A stretch of 63,294 nucleotides of DNA, filler included, from Octopus bimaculoides (Eukaryota), in NCBI RefSeq assembly GCF_001194135.2. It is 7 parts of 7 records of this genome, joined end to end, with 100 filler letters (N's around TTAATTAATTAA, not from the genome) between each part and the next. Parts side by side here need not be neighbours in the genome. Positions count along the whole stretch, not along the records: positions 50,944 to 61,909 come from NC_068987.1; positions 62,010 to 63,294 come from NC_068981.1; 5 more parts are not named here. One strand, 5' to 3'. Below are positions 52,078 to 63,294 of the stretch, one piece after another. The translations under genes and the position numbers were made by a program. The stretch's first letter is position 1; each line of letters starts with the position of its first letter. The notes beneath the pieces were generated by a model, which searched no databases, was not told where the DNA came from, and saw only the letters and a program-made list of their open reading frames with translations.

Positions 52078-52208
52078 ATTTGACAGGACCAATGCAACTC
52101 TTCCGCATCAGGTGTCACGATCGAGGCATGCAGCATGAATGTCTGATTTGAGATTTAGTCACATTGCCCTTTCGATAGCTGAAATATTTTATCTGCGCAT
52201 ACCACGCA

Positions 52209-52271
52209 GAAAATGAAAGATAATTGAAAGAAAATGAAAGATAATTGAAAGAAAATGAAAGATAATTGAAA
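52209..52271. repeat. 21-bp minisatellite x3 (GAAAATGAAAGATAATTGAAA)
   Basis: Three tandem perfect units. Confidence 0.9.
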
Positions 52272-52753
52272 AAAGGCGAAAGTGGTATAAGTTGGTGAGG
52301 TAAGAACAGAAGAAATAAGTATAGGTGAAAAAATTCTTGGAAATCTCACCCTTAAAGAGGCGACTGTCAACTACAGCAAAAATATAACAAGCATTAAGGA
52401 ATAGTATATTGAAAAATAATATCTTGCGATATAAATGATAAACTTCGGAAATGTATCAATCTATCAAATGATTTTCTCTGAGACTCTGTGTTGAAACTAA
52501 AGCAATTAGTTTACCAAAAAAAGATATAGGTATTCTATCATTACAATTTGGTAACATTTGTTTCAAATTTTGACGCAAGGCCAGTAATTTCGAGGAAAGA
52601 GCAAAGAAATTACAGCGACCCCAGTGTTCAATTGATACTTATTTTATCGACCTCGGAAGGATGAAAGACAAAGTTGTCCTTGGCGGAATTTGAGCTCTGA
52701 ACGTAAAGCCTTGTGAGTGAATTTGGTAGGCGGAAACTGAAAGAAGCTCGTCG

Positions 52754-52793
<40 letters not shown>

Positions 52794-53189
52794 TATACGC
52801 GCGCGCGTGTGTATGTATTTGTGTGTCTATGTTTGTCTTTCCACCATCGCTTGACAACCGATGCTGGTGTGTTTACGTCCCCGTAACTTAGAGGTTCACA
52901 CAAGAGAATAAGTACTAGGCTTACGAAGAATAAGACCCGGGGTCGATTTGTGCGACTAAAGCTGGTGCTCCAGCATGGCCGCAGTCAAATAACTGAAACA
53001 TATAAAAGAATAAAAGAATATATATATGACGTTTAGGACTTTGTTTTACATGATTTCTGATGTGAAATCGTGTGTTGTAACAGACATTGTTATATTTGAA
53101 GATAATCCTGTTTTTCCAATTTACCGCAAACTCTATATATTTGTTCGTCACTTCAGTTTTACTCCATTCTAAACAGAACAGGAGAGACA

Positions 53190-53487
53190 CGTGAGACGGA
53201 GAGTTGTTGAAGAGGTCACAGGAATGTGACGAAAGATTTCAAACTAGAGACACTGGGTCTTTGGTTGTCAAGCGATGATACGAAGGCATCAAGAGGAATA
53301 TAAAGGAAATTGGAATAAAGTGCCCAGTAGAATTGTTACAAAAGGTTTGCCTCCTTGCCACGGCTAGAATAATCAGAAAAGTATTAGATAGCTGACAAAA
53401 GCGAATAACATGGTACCATAGGCTGCAGGTAGTAAGCGCTACTCATGCAAGTCTCCAGGAGTTCCAACAAAACCTGTGATAAAGAGA
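53190..53487 (+). mobile_element. RLE-type LINE extreme 3' end (different subfamily) ending in (TAA)n
   Basis: KEIGIKCPVELLQKVCLLATARIIRKVLDS* followed by ~90 nt of UTR and TAA repeats. Confidence 0.7.
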
Positions 53488-53503
53488 TAATAATAATAAT
53501 AAT

Positions 53504-53924
53504 ATGGCTTCTGATCTTAATTGATTGGAAGTGTTATCATGTACTTTGTTTTGTCTTGGTATAAAAGATGGGCTACAGCAAATATTCTGCTTAATACCAC
53601 AGATTTGCTTGTCAGTTATTTGACCTTAACCAGTTGAGCATGTCCCTTAATGGCTGACGATATGTGCATCTCTGATCATGAGCAGAAGTAGTGGAGGAGC
53701 ATCATAGCCATGTGTTGAGAGGAATTCTTTGGGGTTTGAATAATTCACCNNNNNNNNNNGGTCATGCGTTGTTTATCTTGATATAAGATCACCATGTCGT
53801 GCACATATGGTTGTGATGCATGTGCCTGGTGTACCCTTATCAGACGGGTAGTCATGATGAGTATATTGGGCTTCGTATATTTTACCCCAGTGTCACTTTG
53901 ATGGCATGCACTGCTCTTACACTC
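53504..53924. mobile_element. Second copy of the AAT-embedded repeat
   Basis: Colinear with 14388-14879 and contains a short internal gap. Confidence 0.75.
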
Positions 53925-53986
<62 letters not shown>

Positions 53987-54338
53987 TGAAGTGAAGAACA
54001 AGTATATAGTGCGTGCGGTTAATTGGTAAGAGCTACAACCGTCCCCAAATATAACAATCTATGTATATAGTATATGTTTATACATATTTACATACATACA
54101 TATGTGTGTGCGTGTGTGTGTGTGTGCGTGTGTGTGTGTGTATGTTTGTGTGTCTGTGTTTGTCCCCCAACATCGCTTGACAACCGATGGTGGTTTATTT
54201 ACGTCCCTGTAACTTAGCGGTTCGGCCAAAGAGACCGATAAAATAGACTTACAAAAAAATAAGTCCTGGGGTCGATTTGCTCGACTGAAGGCGGTGCTTC
54301 AGCATGGCCGCAGTCAAATGACTGAAACAAGTAAAAGA

Positions 54339-54440
<102 letters not shown>

Positions 54441-55207
54441 TAATATTTCCTCAGGAGACTGTTATTCCATTTCTGTAAATCTCCTTATATAATGAATTAG
54501 TTTCTGTTTGAACGTTGTCAGCGTACGGAAAAATATATGCGTGCATTTAAAGATTATGCATGGACGATATGTTTCGATTAGATTTTGTGCTTATAAAACT
54601 CATGTATCGGATTATGTACAGACTTCGTAAATCTGACATATTGCTGAAAAATCGATACATTTCTGATGCAAACAAAATTATAATAAAGATTTCATACAAC
54701 TTATTAACTTATTAACGGCCACGAAAATCAAAACCACAATCAACTGAGATGGATGTTTAGATTCATGGCGGCCGATATCTTGTCTTTGTCTAATTTATAT
54801 TAGCGTTCTTCTCCGTGTGATTCTGCCGTAAAAGAAAATATCGTAAAATATAAATACAATGATACTACGATTGGTGCCATTTGCAATACTTTCTCTGCCT
54901 ATCTCTCTCTGCTTATCTCTCTCTCCCTCTTTCTTTCTCAGTCTCTCTTTCTCTCTTGTCTCCCTCTCTCTCTTGTCTCCCTCTAACGCACGCACATTCT
55001 CTCAGACACACTCTCACACACTGTCTCTCTTGCTCACACGCTCTCCTTCGCTCGCATTCTCTCTCCCTCTTTATCTATCTATCTATCTCTATCTATCTCT
55101 CTTTCTCTCTCTGTCTCTCTCTTCCTATCTATTTATATGTATAATACAAACACGTGCACACCTACGCATGTATATATTAAACTTGGTGCGTGTGCGTGCG
55201 CGCGCGC

Positions 55208-55238
<31 letters not shown>

Positions 55239-55439
55239 GTGTATATATATATCATCAAAGTGTAATAATGAACGGTATATTTTCCTTCGGTTTAACCCTA
55301 TATTTAGATTTCAAATGCCGATGAAAATAGAGATATTTAACAGATGTTTTGATAAGTGTTCTTTTATAGATATCTTAATGGGAATGCTTCACCAATATTC
55401 TTCGTGTTGATGTTTTTGCGTGTATTCAATAACAGAAGG

Positions 55440-55681
55440 ATTCCTTATATTCATACCAGAACAATCAGTTTTTCAGATGACATTGTATATTCGTATAGCG
55501 ACAACTTTGTGTTGCATAGGGAGGTCGTACCTCAGTGACATTTGTTGGCAGCTATTGATGACGTATGTGAGGCCTTCCACAGAATTGTGACGTAATCTAC
55601 ATTTTCGGCCGTATCCAAGAGGTTCACTTTTTCTTGTATTTATCAAGATTTTTGTTGCAATCTCCTACCACCGTATAGTCT
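55440..55681 (-). mobile_element. R4/Dong-like CCHC zinc-knuckle remnant
   Basis: GRKCRLRHNSVEGLTYVINSCQQMSLRYDLPMQHKVVA resembles CRLC...E...HI.S.C....RH..V. Confidence 0.6.
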
Positions 55682-56880
55682 ATGAGTTGACGGACAATTA
55701 CATAACCAGAGACGCAACCAAGAACTGTGTAACTGCATTAGCTAAATTTGATTTTCGAGCCTTTCCTGCTGACGTCGGATGATCAGTAACTGCTTGTTCA
55801 CTATCATCCTCATCATCATCATCGTCGTCATCATCATCACCACCACCATCATCGTCATCATCATTCGGTCGGATGTATGTATGTATGTACTCTTTACTCT
55901 CTCTTTTACTCTTTTACTTGCTTCAGTCATTTGACTGTGGCCATGCTGGAGCACCGCCTTTAGTCGAGCAAATCGACCCCAGGACTTATTCTTTGTAAGC
56001 CTAGTACTTATTCTATCGGTCTCTTTTTGCCGAACCGCTAGATGACGGGGACATAAACACACCAGCATCGGTTGTCAAGCAATGCTAGGGGAACAAACAC
56101 AGATACACAAACATACACACACACTTCACATACATATATACGACGGGCTTCTTTCAGTTTCCGTCTACCAAATCCACTCACAAGACTTTTGTCGGCCCGT
56201 GGCTATAGTAGAAGACACTTGCCCAAGGTGTCACGCAGTGGGACTGAACCCGGAACCATGTGGTTGGTAAGCAAGCTACTTACCACACAGACATCNNNNN
56301 NNNNNNNNNNNNNNNNNNNNNNNNNNNNNNNNNNNNNNNNNNNNNNNNNNNNNNNNNNNNNNNNNNNNNNNNNNNNNNNNNNNNNNNNNNNNNNNNNNNN
56401 NNNNNNNNNNNNNNNNNNNNNNNNNNNNNNNNNNNNNNNNNNNNNNNNNNNNNNNNNNNNNNNNNNNNNNNNNNNNNNNNNNNNNNNNNNNNNNNNNNNN
56501 NNNNNNNNNNNNNNNNNNNNNNNNNNNNNNNNNNNNNNNNNNNNNNNNNNNNNNNNNNNNNNNNNNNNNNNNNNNNNNNNNNNNNNNNNNNNNNNNNNNN
56601 NNNNNNNNNNNNNNNNNNNNNNNNNNNNNNNNNNNNNNNNNNNNNNNNNNNNNNNNNNNNNNNNNNNNNNNNNNNNNNNNNNNNNNNNNNNNNNNNNNNN
56701 NNNNNNNNNNNNNNNNNNNNNNNNNNNNNNNNNNNNNNNNNNNNNNNNNNNNNNNNNNNNNNNNNNNNNNNNNNNNNNNNNNNNNNNNNNNNNNNNNNNN
56801 NNNNNNNNNNNNNNNNNNNNNNNNNNNNNNNNNNNNNNNNNNNNNNNNNNNNNNNNNNNNNNNNNNNNNNNNNNNNNNNN

Positions 56881-57290
56881 ACTCTTTACTCTCTCTTTTA
56901 CTCTTTTACTTGCTTCAGTCATTTGACTGTGGCCATGCTGGAGCACCGCCTTTAGTCGAGCAAATCGACCCCAGGACTTATTCTTTGTAAGCCTAGTACT
57001 TATTCTATCGGTCTCTTTTTGCCGAACCGCTAGATGACGGGGACATAAACACACCAGCATCGGTTGTCAAGCAATGCTAGGGGAACAAACACAGATACAC
57101 AAACATACACACACACTTCACATACATATATACGACGGGCTTCTTTCAGTTTCCGTCTACCAAATCCACTCACAAGACTTTTGTCGGCCCGTGGCTATAG
57201 TAGAAGACACTTGCCCAAGGTGTCACGCAGTGGGACTGAACCCGGAACCATGTGGTTGGTAAGCAAGCTACTTACCACACAGACATCCCT
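56881..57290 (-). mobile_element. Family A SINE (duplicated at 55890-56295). Further partial copies at about 4693-4795, 7215-7765, 11000-11160, 30412-30560, 33675-33916, 34985-35070, 40775-40930, 51010-51210, 52705-53010, 54120-54340, 63105-63265
   Basis: Direct sequence similarity among the copies. Confidence 0.85.
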
Positions 57291-57449
57291 GCACCTATGT
57301 ATGTATAATTTTTTTAAAGTTTTATTTAAGTTCTACTTGAGAAAGTTCAAGCCGATTGTTAATAAGGTAACAATACGTTTTGAGTTAAGAGAGATCCTGG
57401 AGTTTGTAAATACATGGTTTAGTTGTTGCATTGGTTGAACTGTCGATGC

Positions 57450-59225
57450 TTACAACCAAGCATTTACCGAAAGAATTTCAGATGGATAACTTTCGGAATG
57501 TCTTACAGATCGTCATTGTACCACTAATAGATTGGATTTGGAGAGTCCGCGTCCGTTTCTTTTGCTCTTGCTTCGTAAAACCATGCCTTTCTATGTTTTT
57601 GTGCTGATTTGTTGGTACATAACTTAATGCACCTACGATGACAGGTACAAACGAGAATTTTTAGTCAGACTACATGAGTTGTAAGCTTCGCAATTAATTC
57701 ACTATAAATGTTCTCTTTTTCCTGAACTTTTGATTGTACATCCACTGGACGGCTGACCTCCACAACAGTGCAGGATTTTTGTTCCTTGTCCTACAGAACA
57801 AGATCAAGTCTGTTATGTTTGCACCGAATTACTGTTTTCATTTCAGTGCCCCACTTGTTTTCCAGAGATACTGCCTGCTCTCAGGGGGAAGGTACTATCT
57901 CGTAGACATTTTGGGGAAATTGCTGATGAAGTGGGTGATATCTTCCCCACTGGTATAGCAGAGCCGACATCTTTTTTTTTTTTATCACAACGTGTAGGTT
58001 TGGTGGCACAGGTCCAGGAGAAGCTACTCTTCCTGTCAATGCTGTTGTTGCCCTATGGCTTACGGCATAGCTACCCATGCACTGCTTTTTGCTGGTATGA
58101 TGCCTGCTTCTCCTCCAAGCTTCTGCTTAAGTAGGCCAGTCCAGCCTCATTTGTGTCGCATGAGACAGTTGTTTTTTTCAGAGTATCTGCACGGTAGTTC
58201 TTCTCCAATTCTGAAGACGTTGTTCTTATTTTTGAGTATGCACGGAATATACTTATTTCTTTCTTTCCTGTTCATCAGGTGTTGTTTCAGTGATACAATG
58301 CGACAGTCAAAGGCTGTTTGGACTGACCTTATGCCTCTATCGTTACCGTTTCCACTCACGTAAATCCAATCAGTGTCACTGCTAATGTGGAAGTTGCCAG
58401 TGGTGGTCAGTACTTTTCAGGTTTTGATGCCCCAGCTGCGTATCGCGTCCTGTGTCCAGTCCAATATCCCAAATGTTGGTGCTAGCACTGGTACTGCAGA
58501 AGCATTGTGAAATATGGTCTTGTTAAATGCAGACAACTCTGAGTTCCATATTTTCCGGGGTCTACAGAATTATTCTTTTTGTTATTCTGGCTTTAATCAC
58601 AGCGCCAACGTATGAAACATTTTCGACGATTCCGCGGTACTTGAAACTTCCATCATTAGATGCAGGGGAGATAAACAAGCCGTTCATGTAACGTCCTCTG
58701 TCTGGCCGACAATCTTGCCCAAACTCCGTTCCTATATCTCGTGAGAGTGTTGTGACTAGTTCTAATTGTCTTTTGATGTTGATCGTGCCAGAATATAACT
58801 GTAGGTCATCAACAAAAGCTGTGTGAGTGACATTAATTTTATTCTTTTCTTTTCTGCATATAGCCTTGGCATTTTGTCAACAAGGGCTCGCTAGGGATTC
58901 ACAAATAACATTAAACTATCGCCCCGAAATATGCCCGTTGATAGCTTCATTCTGTTTGTAACAATGGGTGTTGCTTTAGTAGTTATCAGTGTTAACTGTG
59001 TAAACTGTAGTCAGTCTTTCAATGGCATTCATTAGTACTTTGGCAAGGTGTAATGACTCTATCATTCATTAGTGAGACAAAAGAGTCGAACTCCTTCTTG
59101 TAGTCTAACCATAACATTAAGAGATTACGGGAGTGTTGCTTGACTTCCTTAAAAACAGCTTCGTTGAGGAGGAGCTGTTCAACATAGCCCCACACTCCTT
59201 TTCTTTCCTCCAGCCTGTTCATCAG
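57450..59225 (-). mobile_element. R4/Dong-like non-LTR retrotransposon remnant (RT and RLE)
   Basis: EQLLLN...LMLWLDYKKEFDS (RT), FVDDLQLY (catalytic motif), KHNRLDLVL.DKEQKSCTVVEVS (RLE PD-(D/E)xK region), C-terminal QIQSISGTMTICKTF. Many stops. Confidence 0.85.
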
Positions 59226-59834
59226 TTATGTATATATATACATATGGGTATATATGCAAATATGCTTAGCATTTCCCTAATCTTGTGACTCCTTAATTTC
59301 GCATTAATCTCTTAAGCTTCCGACTCATATAACATTACATTATTATATTTTGTTCAATATTTATATTTCATTTAATTCCTTTCACTTAATTTTAGTTTTA
59401 GTTTTTTATTCCATGCTGTGAATTTCTTTCAATTATATAACTCCCCATAAATCTCTATATGAAATCCCATGCGTTTAATCACATCACACACATTTACACT
59501 CCCTGCATATCAACTTTCTAGTTTATGGGTCTGACAGTGAGTCAAGCCCGTAAGCCTTCTATTTCTGTGGGGTATTTTCTTTTTTTCTATTTCGGATATT
59601 ACTTTTATTTTATTTATTCATTTTTTCATTTTTTGAAAAAGGTATTTCATCAATAAATGGAAACCCATCTTCTCATGTCTGATGCATGACGAATGCAAAC
59701 GCAAAACACTGATTAGCAACTCGTAAAACTTCAGGTCTGAATATATATAATTTTTCTCTAATTAACTGTTTTAAGCCCATTTATCATTAATTACATTCAC
59801 AATTCTCGTGCGTGCGCGTGCGCGTGTGTGTGTA

Positions 59835-60163
59835 GTGAAGGCGCGTGGATTAGTGGTTAGCGCGTTCGGCTCTCGATCGTAAGGCCGTGAGTTCGACTCC
59901 TGACAGCGTGTTGTGTATTTGAGCAAGACATTTTATTTCACATTGTTCCATCAGTCCACTCAGCTGGCAAAAATGAGTTGTACCTGTGGTTCAAATGGGC
60001 CAACCTTAACACATTCTATGTCACGCTGAATTTCCCTGAAAATCACGTTAAGTGTACGCGTGTCTGTGGAGTTCTCAGCCACTTACTTGAACGTTAATTT
60101 CACGAGCAAGCTGTTCCGTTGACCGAATCAACTGGAATACTCATCTTAGCCGACGGAGTGCCA
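59835..60163 (+). mobile_element. Family C-related SINE (different head, shared 3' body)
   Basis: A box TGGATTAGTGG, B box GAGTTCGACTCC, 3' body similar to 38530-38680. Confidence 0.75.
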
Positions 60164-60285
60164 GGTTTTATGCATGTGTGTATATATGTATATACCCATT
60201 TTTAAGGCTGGTGCTTATTTTACCGGTCACTACTAAGTTACGAGGATGTAAACGAAATGCTGCTCGTTGTTAAGCTATTAAGCGA

Positions 60286-60326
<41 letters not shown>

Positions 60327-60379
60327 ACATACACACACACACATGCATGTGTGTGTGTGTCATTATACAATCTTATTCC

Positions 60380-61150
60380 AAAATTTCTTGCTAAGAGAGA
60401 AAGCTGGTTTCTAACCTAGATCCAAACTCCTTCATTGTAATTTCAACATCAACAGGATATCTCTGCATATATTTATAGATATATGCAGTATTTGTATGTT
60501 TTGTTTTATGTATGTCTTCTCATACATATCGCGACACGTTCATATGTACTTAAATGATAAACTTCTGGAAAGTTTTACAGGTTTTTATAGTTCCAGTAAT
60601 GGAATCAACTTTCTCCTTTCTAATTTTAAGAAACTTAATTTCTCAAGATCGATACTTTGGCAGTGTGTTACATGCCCCAGTGTTCCAATAATTACAGGTA
60701 TAAACCTGACCTTGTAATCTGGATAGAGTTACTGCAGATTCTTCAATAGTTCAGCGTAGGTATTTTCTTTTTCTCTGATCTTTAGCTTTATGTTAACACC
60801 CGCTGTGTAGCAAATTTCCACCATTCTACATAGTTTCTTTGCCCTGTCCCAAATCACGATGTCAGGTCTATTATGTTTACAGTTTATTGAGGTTTTCATG
60901 GGGACATTCCACCTGTACTACTTCTTATTATGGGCAGCTATGTCTTCTACCATACTGTGGGTTCTTATTTTGCTTTTTGTTTTTTGTTTTTTTACTTCAG
61001 GGTTATCCTTCCGACGGATCTCATTATACAGTGTCTTAGCGAAAAATATCATGTCTCATTGGTAGATAAACCGCGATGATATTTTCGGATAACTGATTAT
61101 GATGTGGGTGATATCTTCGGTGTTAACTCCACAAAGTGTGCATCGGTTGT
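60380..61150 (-). mobile_element. Second R4/Dong-like 3' fragment (RLE and 3' UTR)
   Basis: KHNRPDIVIWDRAKKLCRMVEI...LYPDYKVRFIPVIIGTLG...SITGTIKTCKTFQKFII*. Confidence 0.8.
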
Positions 61151-62661
61151 CATATTTTGGCATTTTGCCTGCGTCTCTGTCTCTTTTGCATGTATGTATG
61201 TATGTATGTAATGTAATGTATGTATGTATGTGTGTGTATGTATGTGTGTATGTATGTATGTATGTATGTATGTATGTATGTGTGAATGTATGTATGTATG
61301 TATGTATGTATGTATGTATGTATTACAGGGAATGGCAAGTTCAAAGAAGCTTTGTCCACTCTTAGAATAAAGAATTCAAAGATAAATTGAATGTTGTAAA
61401 CGTTAAGAACAACGCATACACCATTAAGTTGAGACAAAAATACTTTGTAGTGCTTATTTCGTCCGACTTTTACAGACACTGCTTTGTCATTGTCGCCATT
61501 TGAAATGAAATCAGAAAAGATCAAGAGAAAACAATTGCAACAACGACAATATAAGTTTTAGAAAAAGTTAGAATTATTTAAATAGTTATAAAATCATTTA
61601 AAATGAATATAGAATATTAGAATAATTTTATATTTTTCCCAAAAACACTCCATCATTAATAAAAGTTTTACCGAAAGAAAACATTTTGGCGCCAAAAGAA
61701 AAGCTTTGACCAAAATATTACCGAATAATTGCAGCAGGTTTCATTATATTCAACGTAATCTATTTTCGAACTTAGGTTTTTATTTTTTTTTTTTAGTGAC
61801 AGTTGGAAAAGAAAACTAAAATTAATTTGTGTATTAACAGAAGTTATTTTATGGCTGAATTCAGCTTCGCAGTCGTAATATTTCACCACCTAATTCTAAC
61901 TGTCGCAACNNNNNNNNNNNNNNNNNNNNNNNNNNNNNNNNNNNNNNNNNNNNTTAATTAATTAANNNNNNNNNNNNNNNNNNNNNNNNNNNNNNNNNNN
62001 NNNNNNNNNTATATATATACATATATATATATTTATATATATATAAATATATATATTTGTATATATATTTATATATATATACATATATATATTTGTATAT
62101 ATATTTATATATATATACATATATATATATTTATATATATATAAATATATATATTTGTATATATATTTATATATATATACATATATATATCTATATATAT
62201 ATCTATATATATATTTATGTATATTTATATATTTATATATATATTTATATATTTGTATATATATTTATATATTTATATATATACACAAACATATATACAA
62301 ACATATTTATTTATTTATTTATGGGTTTCAGCCAAGTGGCTGCGGTCATGCTGGAGCACCACCGTGATTTTCCGTCTTTATGCTGTGCTCTCTTCATGTT
62401 CCTTGCATGGCTCTTCTCCTCCACCTGATATAGTCCAATCAAGAGTTTTGATGGCACACCTGGTGTATAAGAGAATTTGACATCGCTGCCCTAAACTGTG
62501 TCTCATTTCGAGCCATTGGTTATACATAAACATCTATATACATAAACATATTTATATAATATAAGGATAAAATCTTTATAAGAATTTATCAAGTAGTCAG
62601 TGTGAAAAAACCTCATAAGGAAAAAAAAAAAAACCATCATTTTTTCCATAAATATATATAA

Positions 62662-62965
62662 TATAATTTATATAAGGGCATTACTATATAGTAATGCCTC
62701 ACGCTTAGAGGGACTTTATAAGTCAAAACTACCAAAGATAAGCACATATTTACCGATCACGAGGGAATGCAACTTTCAAAGCTAACCTCCTAAAAACTTT
62801 TAACTTAACAGTGGTTTGCCATTAAGTTAAAAGTTTTTAGGTTAGCTTTGAAAGTTGCATTCCCTCACGATCGGTAAATATGTGCTTATTTTTGGTAGTT
62901 TTGACTTATAAAGTCCCTCTAAGAGTGAGGCATTACTATATAGTAATGCCCTTATATAAATTATA
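62662..62965. mobile_element. Near-perfect ~300-bp palindrome (foldback MITE)
   Basis: Arms of ~145 bp around the loop CAGTGGTTTGCCA (62809-62821), with few mismatches. Confidence 0.85.
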
Positions 62966-63294
62966 AACATATGTATATACATAAACATCTATTTACATAA
63001 ACATATATATATACATAAACATATATATATATACATAAATATACATATATACATGAACACATATATACATAAACATATATATATATATATACATCAATAT
63101 ATACATGCATGAGTGGCAGTGGTAGCTTGCTTACCAACCACGTGGTTCCAGGTTCAGTTCCACTGCATGGGTCCTTGAGCAAGTGTCTCCTACTTAAGCC
63201 TCGGGCCGACCAAACCCTTGTATGTGGATTTGGTAGACGGAAACTGAAAGAAGCCCATTGCACATATATACATATATATATATATGTGTGTGTG

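Noticed and set aside
52209-52271. Tandem 21-mers as a CRISPR-like array
   Set aside because: No spacers and a eukaryotic context; it is an ordinary minisatellite.
55890-57290. Two identical family A SINE copies flanking the 56296-56880 gap
   Set aside because: Identical sequence on both sides of a gap is most simply an unmerged contig overlap.

Overview
Repeat-rich, AT-rich eukaryotic DNA, most likely octopus or another coleoid cephalopod (inferred from the tRNA-derived SINE families and the dense TA/CA/AAT/TAGA microsatellites). Six identical 100-bp N44-TTAATTAATTAA-N44 linkers cut the window into seven segments whose adjacency is not guaranteed. Most ORFs in the supplied track are microsatellite or gap artefacts. 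Hand splicing recovers three genes. (1) The first four coding exons of a TEP1-like gene, reaching the start of the TROVE domain (+, 29074-32734), downstream of an NRF1/ETS palindrome cluster at about 26.3 kb. (2) A kringle + Thr-rich stalk + hydrophobic-tail gene (-, 50363-47431). (3) An 850-aa Ser-rich, low-complexity single-exon ORF carrying three PLTGHR motifs (-, 21747-19195). Mobile elements include three abundant tRNA-SINE families, Penelope-like RT/GIY-YIG remnants, four R4/Dong-like RLE LINE fragments, several MITEs, four long foldback elements and a Helitron-like element. The most notable observation is a 260-bp element at 44356-44615 (-), bounded by a perfect 13-bp direct repeat, that joins a tRNA-like Pol III head to a hammerhead ribozyme motif with an intact core. 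Other intact or decayed hammerhead cores occur in Penelope-like termini elsewhere in the window. All protein and family assignments are from motif recognition by eye; no database search was run.
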